Assembly: GCA_951406725.2 (NCBI GenBank) | Contig: OX597828.1 | Span: 11,842,001-11,906,000, forward strand | Reading direction: 5' to 3' | Source of the DNA: Octopus vulgaris | Lineage: Eukaryota | DNA: 64,000 nt | Shown here: in pieces, positions 1-13,871 of the stretch | Position numbering within the stretch: the stretch's first letter is position 1 | Layout: the number at the start of each line of letters is the position of its first letter | Notes under the pieces: generated by a model | What the model saw: only the letters and a program-made list of their open reading frames with translations | The model's database searches: none | Told to the model about the DNA's origin: nothing | Made by a program: the position numbers and the translations under genes

Positions 1-726
1 CGCTGAAACTATTATCTTTGCTAAAAATTCTTCTAGTCTTCTCAAGGAGCTACTTGTAAACATTATCATATTTCAGCATCAAACACATCAAAATGTATCT
101 AATAATCGTTTTTATTTATTTTTTTCCCGGAATTTGTTATTCTAAATACTGACAAGCCATTGTTTCGGTTACACTCGAAAATGCTATTAATTAATTTCAT
201 AAGAGGCTTTCTCTAAGCAAACGGGAAGATATGTATTAATATCAAAGCAAATTGAATGCATAATCAAACGCAAACGTATTGTATTGCTTGAGTATCTGTG
301 TGATATATTGATATATTTATTCATGTATGTATTTACATCTATACATCTATACATACATATATATATATGAAGTTTTTAATCAAATGATTAATTTACAACG
401 ATCATAGTGACGCTTATGAAAAGAAACAGTCAGTTCCAATCTTCAATTTATTATCGTTACAAGTAGTTTGCTTTGTTTCATACGAGACAATCGAAACTCT
501 TCCTACACAGACATATATAAGTGCATGTGTAGAGAGGGAGGTTTATATAGCTGTGCTAAACGGCTTTCCTGTGAGTGCTTTTGCTCCGTTACTATTGCAA
601 CAGTCCGGATACTTACTGATCAGACCTCGTATATGATAGGCAGATACATAGATAGATAGATATGCATAAACATATAAATGCACAAACCCAACCAGCCACC
701 CAAATACACACACCTCGCGTACACAC

Positions 727-1136
727 CAGGCACGTGCCGTCAGTAATTACTCAGGGTAGGCAGTTGGCGACGTGTATGTAGTAATACCCGTAAGAAAATA
801 AGCGAAACAGGCGCGCGACTGAGTTGGCGGCAGAATTACATCTGCCTTTATAGAGCGTAAAGAAAATGCTGTTGTAGGAATGTACGCAGCATGTGTACTA
901 CAGCAGAACTATACGTAGTTTCAATACTGAGATTGAAAGGCAGGGGCGAATTATGCCTGCTTAATCTACAAAAAAAAAAAAAAATCATTTTGCATTTTAT
1001 GCATAGTAATCTGAGTAACCTTCATAATTTTATTGAATTAGGTGCATATTTTGCCATAGAAAGGAAATGTTACTATTGATCTATAGTATTCAGAGTAGGC
1101 ACTACCCACCTTGTCTACCCAGGTGGCACGTTCCTG
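727..1136. mobile_element. hAT-like MITE
   Basis: Terminal inverted repeats caggcacgtgcc ... ggcacgttcctg (11/12). Flanks gtacacac/atacgctc may be a decayed 8-bp TSD. Confidence 0.5.
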
Positions 1137-1178
1137 ATACGCTCACATGTAATGCATTTAAAGTAATGTAAACTCGAT

Positions 1179-1411
1179 CGCGCAGACACAGTGTATGTTT
1201 TTTTTATATGTCAAATTTGCTGCAGGATAGCGTCCACGTCCAGGGAATGCTCTCTACACGGCTCCAAGTGTTAAAGAATACCTAATATCCCGTACCAAGC
1301 AAGTTGTCTCGCTTGGTCCGGCACATTCGGCGTTGTGTAGTGAGATTTCCCAGGACGCTATCTCAAAGCAAAGTTGACGTGTAAATAAAACACATACACT
1401 ATGTATGCGCG
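1179..1411. repeat. ~230 bp imperfect palindrome (foldback MITE-like)
   Basis: cgcgcagacacagtgtatg..atgtcaaatttgct..gatagcgtcc..gggaa..ctacacg pairs in order with tgtgtag..ttccc..ggacgctatc..agcaaagttgacgt..catacactatgtatgcgcg. Confidence 0.75.
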
Positions 1412-1461
1412 TCAAACAATGGCGGTCCGACATGGCCGCAGTCGACTGACTGTACGTATAG

Positions 1462-1675
1462 TGTCGACGCTGGCAGAAACGTTAGCACGCCGGGCGAAAT
1501 TCTTAGCGGTATTTTGTCTGCCGTTACGTTGTGAGTTCAAATTCCGCCGCGGTCGACTTTACCTTTCATCCTTTCGGGGTCGATAAATCGAGTACCAGTA
1601 ATCGACTTAATACCTATGTCTGTCTTTGTTTGTCCCCTCTATGTTTAGCCCTTGTGGGTAATAAAGAAATAGATA
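1462..1675 (+). mobile_element. tRNA-derived SINE family A (MetaSINE-like core)
   Basis: ctggcagaaacgttagcacgccgggcgaaat..gagttcaaattcc (B-box-like) followed by the core ggtcgactttgcctttcatcctttcggggtcgataaa. More than 25 copies or fragments occur in the window. Confidence 0.85.
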
Positions 1676-3189
1676 TCTCAGTCGTTTGACCAACTAATTT
1701 ACCTGCTCCTGAAATGACTATCGCTGATTGTGCGGTACGTTGTGTAACAGAAACTGGGCCTTTTTAAAGTTACTGTCACAATGTAACACATTATTTCTCT
1801 GACAAATTTCTTTCTCAAAGTTTCTTCACACACTAAACTTTTGAAAGTTGCATATGCTGAAGATGACATGACGTACAATAACACACACCGTACGATTATA
1901 CACACACATACACTCATACACACACACATACACGCACACATACACACAGACACACACACACACACGCTCACATAGTAAAAGGGGAAGAATAGGTTATTGC
2001 AGCTGAAATCATTAAGATGCCTTTCAATAGTAAGGCATCAGCATTGCTGTGTGGTAAGAAGCTTGCTTCCCAACCACATGGCTCCGGGTTCAGTCCCACT
2101 TCATGGCACCTTGGGCAAGTGTCTTCTACTATAGCCTCAGGCTGACCAAAGACTTGTAAGTGGATTTTGTAGACGGAAACTACTAAAAGAATAAAAGAAT
2201 ATTATGTTATACAAAACACCTGCTATACACACTCATATACATACTACTATGAATATATCTGTGTGTGTGTGTGCGTGTGTGTGTGCGTGTGTGTGTGTGT
2301 GTGTGTGCGTGTGTGTGTGTATGCATACTTGTACCGACGAAACCCACTTCATTTTGTTTGTCCGTTCACCAAGTCAAAATTTCGTTTCATACTAATCGAC
2401 CTTCCGAGAGAGGAGAGAGTGCTTTGCCAGCGTTTTTGCCTTTTACTATTTTAACATGAACGTAATTTCTTGACCTTTCGGATTTATATAACGCTATTAA
2501 CCATTTCTGTCTCATGTGACCTTTTTTTATTAGTCCAGACGTACGAAGCATTCATAAAAGATATGTTCTATTTTGTTTTATTTGTAGAAAATAAATTGAA
2601 AAATCATAAAATTATTAACTCGTAAATTACAAATAATACTTTTCCTCAAATACCCAAATGTCATTTTACAAAAAGTTGCCACTTAGAAGAACTTAATATA
2701 TAATACTAGTTAAAGTTAGAGCCACTGCACGGTCATACGAATTGGTGGAAATAACAACCAAATTTCATTCAGTCGTACTTTGTGATATGCAGCTATTATT
2801 TTTCCAAATAGCAAATGCCATCGATGTTGATTCTGTTTCCCTCCTTCCGAAGTTGACAAAATTAGTACCAGCTAAGCACCAGGGTCAATGTAATGATTAA
2901 CTCTTCCTGCAAAAATTTCTGGCTTTGTACCAAAATTTGAAGTCGTAATTTTGCCAGATGTGCAAAAATACCCAATGATCAAGGTTGAATTGTCCTTCAT
3001 CCATGGTCGTATATATTTATATAAAAGCTGCCCTCGAGATTTAGGAATGAAATAAACGTATCTCTCACAACTTATCCCCTCATATTCTCGTTGGAAAATA
3101 CAGTTAATTATTAGTATTGGTCCCAGGAATTTCTATTTTCGACATCGAGTGAATAAAAAACGAAAGGCCACTTTTCTTGTATAAGGCTT

Positions 3190-3552
3190 AATTACACTTT
3201 TAAACTTCTTATACTGGTAGAATGTGTTTATAAAACATCTTTTTCTCTTGGCTTTATTGAGAAAATTCTATAGTTTGTAAGATATTTGTTGTTGTTTTTC
3301 TTCAATTTCTGCAATTTCAACCAATCAGTGACGTCTATTGAGTTAAAAAGCATTCTGTGATGTATGAATATGTCCCTCGTTTAAGAAACAGATTGGGTTT
3401 ATTTACATTTGTGAAGAAAAATAGATACCCCCCACCCCTAATCCTAACCCTAAAACAGATTGAAATGCAATAGATCGATACTAGGGTCATAATTATGGGT
3501 GACAATTTCATAACACCGCTAGAAAAAACTGCCGCTCAAACCGAAAAGATCC
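3190..3552. mobile_element. Single-arm relative of the TTAGGG-containing foldback at 62 kb
   Basis: aaacttcttatactggtagaatgtgtttataaaacatctttt..caatttcaaccaatca resembles the arm at 61959-62100, and it contains ccctaatcctaaccctaa. Confidence 0.6.
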
Positions 3553-4098
3553 GTGCAATTTGCTTAGCTCATAAAATAAAAATAAAAAGTAAGAAATATA
3601 ATTGAAAATACCGGTAGTTATAGAACTAAATAATAACAGTTGACTAATTTATTATTTATCACTGATTTCCTATCTACTTTACTTAGTATTATATGTAGAC
3701 AGCATACCTGAAACAACCTCAGATCAGGAGTAGGAATGGTCTGGACAGTAAGAGGATACCTTTGGTCAGTTAATTTCAAAAACAAAAGGCTGGACTTTAA
3801 GAAATCGTTAATTGATGGAGCAAATATGTAAACAATGGATATTTGTTGTAAGGAGCCTTAGGTCGCCCATATCTATGCAGATTAGAAGTGTAGGGAACAG
3901 TTACGAGTATCTGTGGTTAATGAAAGACAATTATTGATTTTTCAAGTAATGTCTATACTTACGTATGTATTTCTCAAGCGGTTAAGAAAGTTTAGCCAGT
4001 GTTATTTATGTAGTCTATGAAGTTATGTAACATGCATAGATGGGCGGGTTATATCCAATCCATAATATTACACCCCACAATATAATATGTTATAAAAC

Positions 4099-4137
<39 letters not shown>

Positions 4138-4240
4138 AGATAATGGTGTCATTGAGACCCAAAGGTGTCAGGTAATGCTGAATAAGTGCTATAGACAGAC
4201 CAAAGTTAAGTTCCAGACTCGGTATGTATGTATGTATATA

Positions 4241-4345
4241 TCTATTATATAAAATCCATTGTTTGTCTGTCTGTGTGTATTCTAGGATCTCGGGCATCCG
4301 CCATCCGATTGCGCTCAATATGTAGGTACCGACGGCATCAGGGCG
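4241..4345 (+). mobile_element. Non-autonomous Helitron 5' fragment
   Basis: A|TCTATTATATAAAA start followed by a (gtct)n/tg tract, typical of Helitron-N 5' ends. Confidence 0.45.
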
Positions 4346-5272
4346 TGTATAACTCTCTTTTACTCTTTTACTTGTTTCAGTCATTTGACTGTGGCCATGC
4401 TGGAGCACCGCCTTGAAAAAAATTACAAAAATCGATTCCAGGTGAGTATGCGAACGTGCATTTGTACACGCAAGTACCTCAGCTGTTGCGATCGATACTA
4501 CGCGTACGCGAGACAAATGCACGTGCAGTTTGCACAAAAAAGACAGCTGGCTTGAAATAATACCACAAAATGGAATGGTCGGACAAGTTGTTTTGAGAAA
4601 ATTTGGTTTAAATGTTTGACAACTCAGCACCGGCCATTTAGTCAAACTGAGTACTTAGTTTTTAAAGATTGGTACTTTTATTATCGGTCTCTAGGGGTTC
4701 TCAATTTTCCATTCTTCAAGGTTCTATAATGCATTTTTACAATCCGAAACTTTATCAGTTCCTCTGATATATCCGTGTACTCTTTGTGGTAGTGTTTCTA
4801 GTTACTTAATATGAGGTCTTCCTTATACGTTTTATTTTATATGGTGTATTTCAACATAGACGTAATATACAAATAGAATTCTATATTTTGTGTCTGACCA
4901 TGTATGCACCTGTATGTATACGTTCTTATATATATCATATATATGTATGTGTATATGAATATATGTATATATGTATATACAAACATATATATATATACAT
5001 ACAACACGTGTGTGTGCGCACGCGTGATTTCTTGTGCTCAGCACAAGTACCATTCGGTGTTCGACTATGTTCCGCTTCAACACTATAAGTCTATACAGAT
5101 TCTCCTTTATGATGTTGATAAAAGAAGCATCAATGAAATTATTTCAACCATTTGTCCTGTCGCAATTCACTGATTGGAAAGAGCAACAGCACACAGGTCA
5201 ACTCTGTCAGGTCAGACTCTGAATTAAACAGTAATAAGAGGAAGGGGCAACAACGAAATAAAATATACTTAC

Positions 5273-5439
5273 ATGGAGAAATTCGAAATGAACGCTTGGT
5301 CTGGGAGATACACGTTGAATGTAACGTCTGTGGAGTAATTCTGGTTGTTAGCCATTACACTGGTAATCTCTGTTGTAGCAAACCGCATCCTAACATCAGA
5401 TCTGACGTGTAAGTATTTAACTTGGGGAGAACCGTCGCC
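5273..5439 (-). CDS. ITIH: ITIH-like gene, VIT (vault protein inter-alpha-trypsin) domain exon
   Basis: Seen: acceptor tgtttcag| and donor AT|gtaagt flank 167 nt reading GDGSPQVKYLHVRSDVRMRFATTEITSVMANNQNYSTDVTFNVYLPDQAFISNFS(M). Established: LHV.S....RFA.T.ITS...N....F...LP..AFISNF.M is the N-terminal half of the ITIH VIT domain. No later exon was found in 1-5272, so the gene continues beyond the window. Confidence 0.88.
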
Positions 5440-6677
5440 CTGAAACATATCAATAGATGTGATTAATGCATTTCACCAAGAGAGAAATTGATAAAACTAA
5501 ACAGAAACAAAGAGAGAAAAAAGTATGGTATATCACGGAAAGCTTATTTTAAGGCGTTAACGAACCGTAATATTTTGATTTAAGAATCAAAGAAGACAAA
5601 ACTCATTCATGTGGAGGTCTACGATAATGTAAATTTAAGGACAGTGACAATCGCAGTATCACATATCTTATCCATTTGAATCTGGAGTTTTTCCCAACTG
5701 CAACAAAGTGAGAGCTGTGCATTGCCAACATACTATAAACTACAAGTAAGTACAATATGTGAAATTCATGAAAACTGCTGAGGCTTTGCGTATTTTGTTT
5801 AAATCGCAAAGAGCAATACATTTCTTTATATTAGGTAACAAAATAAAACGGTGACATGGCAGAAACGTTAGCACGCCTAGCAACATGCTTAGCGGCATTT
5901 TGTCTGTCTTTACGTTCTGAGATCAAATTGCGCCAAGGTCGATTTCGCCTTTCACCCTTTCGGGATCGATAAAATAAGTACCAATGAGCACAGGTGTTGA
6001 TATAGCTGACTAAACACTTTCTATAAAATTGCTGGCCTTGTGCCAAAATTTGAATCCAATATTACATAACAAAATGGAGAAGCCCCAAAGACATTAGCAA
6101 TATAAGTGATTGAAACGACTTCAACTTGAGGTACACACACGTCCACAGCTCTGATATGTCAGAAGTATTCATCTTGTTTAGACCCAATAATATACTGTGG
6201 TGCTTACGTCCGTTTCAAAGGCATTGACACTATAGGTAATATAGTAATATATATAAGTAATATAGCTTCAACTTGTTGTTACCCCTGTAATCGAGGGATT
6301 AATAATACAAGGGTTTTTTGTAAAGGGCACCAAGAAAGCTTTTTAGTCGACAGTCATCTTATTACAACTAATTACCAAATATTTTTCATATCACACACTT
6401 ATGTCTTAAATAAAGAAGGGAACATTGGCAAAGTAATCTTTATGCAGAACAGCAGTTTGGGCATAACTGGAACACATTTGATCATAGGATTGCTGTATCA
6501 GAGCTGCCCAGATTTTAAGCAACAACGACACCAAAGATTGTCAGACGATGTGTAATTCCCTCTTTACGTAAGTGTAGTCTTTTAATTAAATATATCGCCC
6601 TTCAACCGCATACTTCAAGAGTCAGACACACTTCATGACACTTGGTACGACTGTATATTATCATTATTATTAACTCA

Positions 6678-7512
6678 GGCGGCGAACTGAAAGAATCCTT
6701 AGCATGCCGGGCGAAATGTGTAGCCGTATTTCGTCTGCCGCTACGTTCTGAGTTCAAATTCCACCGAGGTCGACTTTGCCTTTCATCCTTTCGGGGTCGA
6801 TAAATTAAGTACCAGTTACGCACTGGGGTCGAAGTAATCGACTCAATCCGTTTGTCTGTCCTTGTTTGTTCCCTCTGTGTTTAGCCCCTTGTGGGTAGTA
6901 AAGAAATAGGTATTTCGTCTGCCGTTACGTTCTGAGTTCGAATTCCGCCGAGGTCGACTTTGCCGTTCATCCTTTCGGGGTCGATGAAATAAGTACCAGT
7001 TACAGACTGGGATCGATGTACTCGACTATCCCACTTCCCTCAAAATTTTCAAGGCCTTGTGTCGAGATTAGAAATAGTAATTATTATTATTACCTAAGTC
7101 GGCGAGCTTACAGAATCGTTAGCACGCTGGACGAAATGCGTAGCGGCATTTCGCCCGTCGCTACGTTCTACGTTCAAATTCCGCCGAGGTCGACTTTGCC
7201 TTTCATCCTTTTGGGATCGATAAACAAAGTATCAATGAAACTCTGGGGTCGACGTAATCGACTGGTCCCCACAACCCTGCCAAAATTTCAGGCCTTTTGC
7301 TTATAGTAGAAAGGATTATTATTATTACAGAATCGTTAGCGCGCCAAGCAAAATGCTTAGCGACATTTCGCCCGTCTTTTCGTTCTAAGTTCTAATTACA
7401 CCCAGGTCGACTTTGCCTTTCATGCTTTCGAGGTCGATGAAATAAGTGCCAGTAATCAACTATCCTCCCTCTCCCAACTGTCAGGCCTTCTGCCTTTAGT
7501 CAAAAAGGATTA
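6678..7512 (+). mobile_element. Head-to-tail chain of SINE family A copies
   Basis: Four successive core units. The first is internally dimeric (aaagaaatag|gtatttcgtctg) and the others are separated by (ATT)n tails. Confidence 0.85.
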
Positions 7513-8232
7513 TTACCCCGGGTTGATGTTACATGTGGTTGGAATATAGCAGAGGAAAATTATACAGAAGCCCATTCATGCGTGTGTGAGGTGAGGAAGG
7601 AGCACACGCGCGCGTGCGTTCATGTTTACACTGCCATAAAACTGGTGTTGTGTATGTTGTGTTCCTTTATCTCCTGATAAACTAAGTTCTGGGATCGATA
7701 TGCTCAACGAAATCTTTGAAGATACGGCGTTAGTATGGCCTTTAATGACTGATACGGATAAACAAATTCAGCAGACCAGAATATTTTTGGAAACTAAAGT
7801 TATCTTCGGCAGGATATGAACGTAAAAAACTATAATCTCACACAGCAGTTTCACCTTAAGTTAACCCTACTGGGTTTCGAACTCTGACCTCCCAACGAAC
7901 CAAACTATTTACAGTAAAGAATTTCAAAACCCACCCTTTTCAGTTTCTCCTGTATATTTCCCTCGTTTTTTATTTATTTTTTCTTTATTGCTGTTGCTAA
8001 ATAATGATTTCGTTAAAATACTAGCTTGCACGAGGACTATTCAAACGGAAGGATACAGTCTATTATATTAGAAATAAATGATCACCTGTGGTGTTAAGAA
8101 GCACGAGTGGTGGAGAAATACCGCTTTGCCCACTCCACATTGAAAATGGTGTTATATGAAGAAGAGATTTCGTGTGAGAGATGTCGACAGACTTAGGTAG
8201 AGTATATACAATAAGAGTTATTATTGCGATGA

Positions 8233-8465
8233 AGGGCGGCGAGCTGGCAGAACCGATAGCACGCCGGGCGAAATGCGTAGCCGTATTTCGTCTGCCGTTA
8301 CGTTCTGAGTTCAAATTCCGCAGAGGTCGACATTGCCTTTCATCCTTTCGGGGTCGATTAAATAAGTACCAGTTACGCACCGGGGTCGATATAATCGACT
8401 TAATTCGTCTGTCCTTGATTGTCCTCTCTGTGTTTAGCCCCTTGTTGGTAGTAAAGAAATAGGTA
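8233..8465 (+). mobile_element. SINE family A
   Basis: Full head ggcggcgagctggcagaa through the tail ending gtaaagaaatagg, flanked by ttattattgc / gtattattgc. Confidence 0.85.
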
Positions 8466-9489
8466 TTATTGCAATGATTCAACTTAATCTTCCATTTAAT
8501 AATAATAGCCACCGCTCGTATGGTTATTAAAGAGTCAGTTATTAAAGTTAATTAATATGAAGGCTCTCTGCGGTCTAATTTGAAATTACTTGAGGTCGAA
8601 TTTACTTTCCAGCCTTTCGCTATCGATAAAATAAAATAACGATATAAGTGAGGTTGAATTGGCAAAATTTTTAGATTACCAGCTAAGATGTCTTGTAGTA
8701 TTCGTTCTGACTTCTTTATATTTTCTTTTCTTTATATTTCATTTATATTTTGAGCTTTCAGGTTTTCTTTTTAATCCATCGCCCGTTTAACCCCACCTGG
8801 TGAACCTTGAGCAGCTTAGCGGAATTCCTTTTGTTGCAAGTATTTGGGACATGTCCCTAGTTGGGGAATATCTCCCTCCCTTCCTCACACCAGTTTCGAA
8901 GGCTCTAAAAATCTAACGGATCACAGAAGGTACCCTTTTCCTCCCAAACTAAGAGCAAAAACTGGTGTGATAGCAAAACGGTAGGGGATGAAATATACCT
9001 TGCTTTGTTTAGTTACGTTTTGAGAAATCGGTGGCATCGATATAGTATTCAACACTTGAGTAGTGGGGTCGATTAATTCAATTGAGCTCTCCACTCTGCT
9101 TCCACCATAGAGTCACTACGAGAATTGCACATGCGCACGCACACACAGACACACACACACACACACAATTACGTGACCTTAAGCTATTATCAGAAATCAA
9201 TCAACAGATCGATCTCATCGGTATTCTTTTGCAGTTAATACAATTTATCTTCCTTTCTCAACAAGTTAGCTTCCTTTCCCACTATGTACTGTGTCGGTTC
9301 TACATTCACAATGATACTCCCCTTCATTCATTTTTATACGTACGCTTTCTGAACGTATATTTCGGACAGACTTAGGTAGAAATGCATGGCTTGAATTCTC
9401 TTGCTATCTGAAAATACAAGTCTTCATCTATATTCCGCCGGCTACTAATCTCACATATCCACTCGACACTCCTCTGAAATCCCTGCTAA

Positions 9490-9530
<41 letters not shown>

Positions 9531-9828
9531 TTCTCACTCTCTCTCTCTCTCTCTCTCTTTCTTTATCTAGCTAGCTAGCTCCCCATTTCATCACTCTCTT
9601 ATACGTAACTCCCATTTATTACTCCCACCCTCTCTTATTTCATCTCTCCTACTTTGTCTCTCACTCACACTTCATCATCCCCCTCTCTCTCTTTCTCACT
9701 TAACCATTCTGTCCCATTTCACCACTCTCTCCTACATCTTCTTCCTCTTTCCACTATCTTTTCTCAGTCTCCTTTTTTTCCATTTCAATCGGTTCTCTCT
9801 ATTTCCTTTTCTCAGCGTATATTTCATA

Positions 9829-10202
9829 CTAGCACAATTACCCGGAAACACTGGGTCATAGTGCTAGTGCATGCATATACAGCTGCGTGCGTGCGCACAT
9901 ACACGCGAGTACTGTCCAAATCTCCGACCAGTCACATACAGCTAGCTGGCATTCAATTGGCGTATCAAGTTTCGGGCATTTTGATTGGGTTTTGGATAGA
10001 AAATTCAGAAAAAAAATCACTTCTATTGATTTTGTTAAAGGCTTTGCGGGGTGACTGGGGAAATGTAAAGATGTGCACAACCACCCTTGAACGGTTTTGA
10101 ATGATCATAGAAAGTGCGAACCGTCAAACTGAAAAATTGTGGATTTGTATAAAGGACACACACACACACACACAGACTTTTTGCCGTTTATATATATGGA
10201 GA
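9829..10202 (-). mobile_element. Complete non-autonomous Helitron
   Basis: Minus strand starts A|TCTCCATATATATAAA and ends with a subterminal hairpin acccag-tgttt-ccgggt followed by CTAG|T. These are canonical Helitron termini inserted in an AT dinucleotide. Confidence 0.7.
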
Positions 10203-10391
10203 TAACATCAGAGAGTGTGAAGCATGATTGCTCACAGCATCTTTCTGCCTCTAACTATTGTCCCTTCCATCAATAATTCTCAGCGTTTTATCTCGCTTGT
10301 CCCAACGTTTCAAACGACATTATGCCGTAAAATCACAGAAGCCGAATTGGGGGTAACCAATAACCCTTTGGCCCATAACAACCCCTAGACT

Positions 10392-11044
<653 letters not shown>

Positions 11045-11214
11045 AACTCCTAGACTATAAATACATGAAGTAGTTGCTGCTACAGATGGTTTCTTTGCGT
11101 TTGACCTTACATCTGTTGCCCTATGTCTTCCCTAGATAAATGATGGTTATACAGTCAGTGCGTAACTAATTTCGAATATGTGCGTATGTTTGTGTGTGCT
11201 TACTCTTATCATTT

Positions 11215-11475
11215 TTATTTTTTATTCGTTCTAGTCATTAGACTTTGGTCATGCTGCAGCACCGCTTTGGATTTTTAGTGAATGTATCGAGCCCCAATAC
11301 TTATGTTTTAAACCCGGTACTCATTTTATCGGTGTCTTTTGCCGGACCACCAGCTTACGGGGACGTAAACGCACCAACGCCGGTATCAAGCGGTGAATGG
11401 AGAGACAAACACAGACACATAAGCACATACACAAATATATATATATGCATATATTTATATATATATATACATATA

Positions 11476-11509
<34 letters not shown>

Positions 11510-11690
11510 GGTGTGTGTGTGTGTGTGTGTATACATATATATATACAGCGGGTTTCTTTCAGTTTCTGACGACCAAATCCATGCAAAAGGCTTTGGTCGG
11601 CCCGACGTTATAGTAGAAGACACTTGCCCAAGGTTCCACGCAGTGGCATTGAACTCGAAGCTATGTCATTTGGAAGCAAGCTTCGTACGT
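11215..11690 (-). mobile_element. SINE family B (decayed)
   Basis: Reverse complement of the family B consensus with an internal (TA)n/(TG)n tract. Confidence 0.8.
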
Positions 11691-12026
11691 TTCAGTATGC
11701 GTGTGTGAGTGTGTAATCTTACCACTATATATGTACTTTTAGTAGTAAATAGTTAATGTTAACGAACTCATTGCTTACATAAAAAAAAAACTTTCAAACC
11801 GATGTGAATAAGCATAGGTATGCAAGTGTGTGTGTGTGTATGTGTGTATGTGTGCGTGTTCTTTTTCTCTTGTTAATTTAGAGCTTTGCTTCTCAGCCAT
11901 ATTTTGCTAACGGCGTCCTTTGGTTCCTGTATTACCCTACTATACACTAATAGACATTCCATGTTTAAGAGTTCCTATCCCATTTCTATAAGCAAATAAT
12001 ATTACGAATTGTATTTTGATAATTGT

Positions 12027-12285
12027 GGAGACGCGTGACTCAGTGGTTAGGGTGTAAGCATCATGATCGAAAGATTCTGGTTTCTATTCCTGGACCGGGC
12101 GACGCGTTGTCTTCTTGAGCAAAACACTTCATTTCATGTTGCTCCAGTCCACTCAGCTGGAAAAAAATGAGTAACGCTGCGATGGACTGTCCAGCTGGGG
12201 ACAGTTTGACCTATCTATGCACATACGCCAGTGAAACCGGGAAACCGGGCCCCTGAGCCTGGCTAGGCTTTCAAAGGGCGCATTT
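12027..12285 (+). mobile_element. SINE family D (tRNA head, CORE-like body, gaaaccgg tail)
   Basis: ggagacgcgtgactcagtggttaggg..cttgagcaaaacacttcatttc..ccagtccactcagctgg..gcgatggact..gaaaccggg. A second copy is at 22850-23097 (-). Confidence 0.7.
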
Positions 12286-12535
12286 ATTTTTATTATTTTA
12301 AAAATTGTTAAATGATTTTGTGAATTGCAGAAGTATATTCAATTTATTGTGTATATATTTATCAGAAAAAAATTATATGGACATCCAGGAACCATATGAA
12401 CTTCGGTTGAGAATCACTAATTTAGAGTTTGTTTTGACTGACGACCTTTTTGGTAGCTAGGTTGTGAAGGAAAGCATCTGCTCTTGTATCTTCTTAAGGA
12501 GGTCTTGCAGATTTTTATAGTCAAAAATATTGTTA

Positions 12536-12958
12536 GGCGTAGGAGTGGTTGTGTGGTAAGTAGCTTGCTTACGAACCACATGGTTCCGGGTTCAGTCCCA
12601 CTGCGTGGCACCTTGGGCAAGTGTCTTCTTCTATAGCCTCGGGCCGACCAAAGCATTGTGAGTGGATTTGGTAGACGGAAACTGAAAGAAGCCCGTCGTA
12701 TATATGTATATATATATATATATGTATGTGTGTGTATATGTTTGTGTGTCTGTGTTTGTCTCCCCAACATCCCTTGACAACCGATGCTGGTGTGTTTACG
12801 TCACCGTAACTTAGCAGTTCGGCAAAAGAGACCGATAGAATAAGTACTAGGCTTACAAAGAATAAGTCCTGGGGTCGAGTTGCTCGACTAAAGGCGTTGC
12901 TCCAGCATGGCCACAGTCAAATGAATGAATCAAATAAAAGAGTAAAAGAGTAAAGAGT
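12536..12958 (+). mobile_element. SINE family B, full length
   Basis: tRNA-like head ggcgtaggagtggttgtgtggtaag..gggttcagtccc, CORE-like accttgggcaagtgtctt, internal (TA)n(TG)n, tail (gtaaaaga)n. About 20 copies occur in the window. Confidence 0.9.
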
Positions 12959-13797
12959 TATCATTTATAATGTTTGAATTAAGGAGTTGCATTCCTTTTC
13001 CGCAGAACCCACGTCCAGTCATGCTCTAGACAGGTTTGTACGAATTCTCTTGCTCCAGTAATAATAAGCATGAAACTGAAAGAATATCTTGGGATTTGCA
13101 AACACCGTATATAAATATATGTGTGTATGTATGTATAGATACGAATGTACAAGAATACAAAGAAATACGTGTATATTTCTCTCTATGTGCATATAAATGT
13201 GTGTGTATGTGCGTGTGTGTAAGTGCGTGTGTGTATGTGTATACATATGAATTCCTCAGAGCATTCATTCGTACACGCATAGAAAGGTCAAACTGAGTAC
13301 ACTTATAGAGGTCAGCTGCCCAGCAGATGTCAACACTTATTTCAAAATCAGCAAGAAAGAAATTGTTAATGGAAAAGTACTTTGAACTCTGCAGTGTTTC
13401 TACACAAATCATAAGTCAACGCTTCTGTTAATAATTATGTGTTCTTGGTTACCGTATCAAGAGATTTAATAATAATCTTGAAAAGATCCGTTTATTTTTT
13501 TCCGGTGAAGTAGAGAACCTACATATTCATTATATAAGCGTAACGGTTAAAATATGGATGTTTTCTATAAACTCTCTACCGTTAGAATTGTCTAAATTGT
13601 AGCAATGAAACTTTATTTATTATATTTGCTTTAAAACAACTAACAATGTCCCCATTGGAAGAATGCAAACACAAATAAAAAGATTATATCACACACACAG
13701 ACACCAGACAGATACGCACATATATATGTATATATATATATATATATATACATATATAGAGAGAGACAGAAAGACAGACAGAAAAAAGTGGGCGAGT

Positions 13798-13868
<71 letters not shown>

Positions 13869-13871
13869 CTA

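Noticed and set aside
1703-1856. Possible third ITIH exon (tcttcag| ... cag|gtaaat, minus strand)
   Set aside because: Its only open frame is phase 1, incompatible with the phase-2 VIT donor, and it has no similarity to the expected VIT continuation.
5603-5821. Hydrophobic minus-strand ORF as a candidate ITIH signal exon
   Set aside because: No suitable donor site. The exon at 29551-29604 fits much better.
6602-6823. Recurrent MRNWYL..RPRKDERQSRP ORF family
   Set aside because: Antisense reading of SINE family A. The recurrence reflects the repeat, not a gene family.
6678-7512. CRISPR-like repeat array
   Set aside because: The units are long degenerate SINE copies with no unique spacers, no cas genes and a eukaryotic context.
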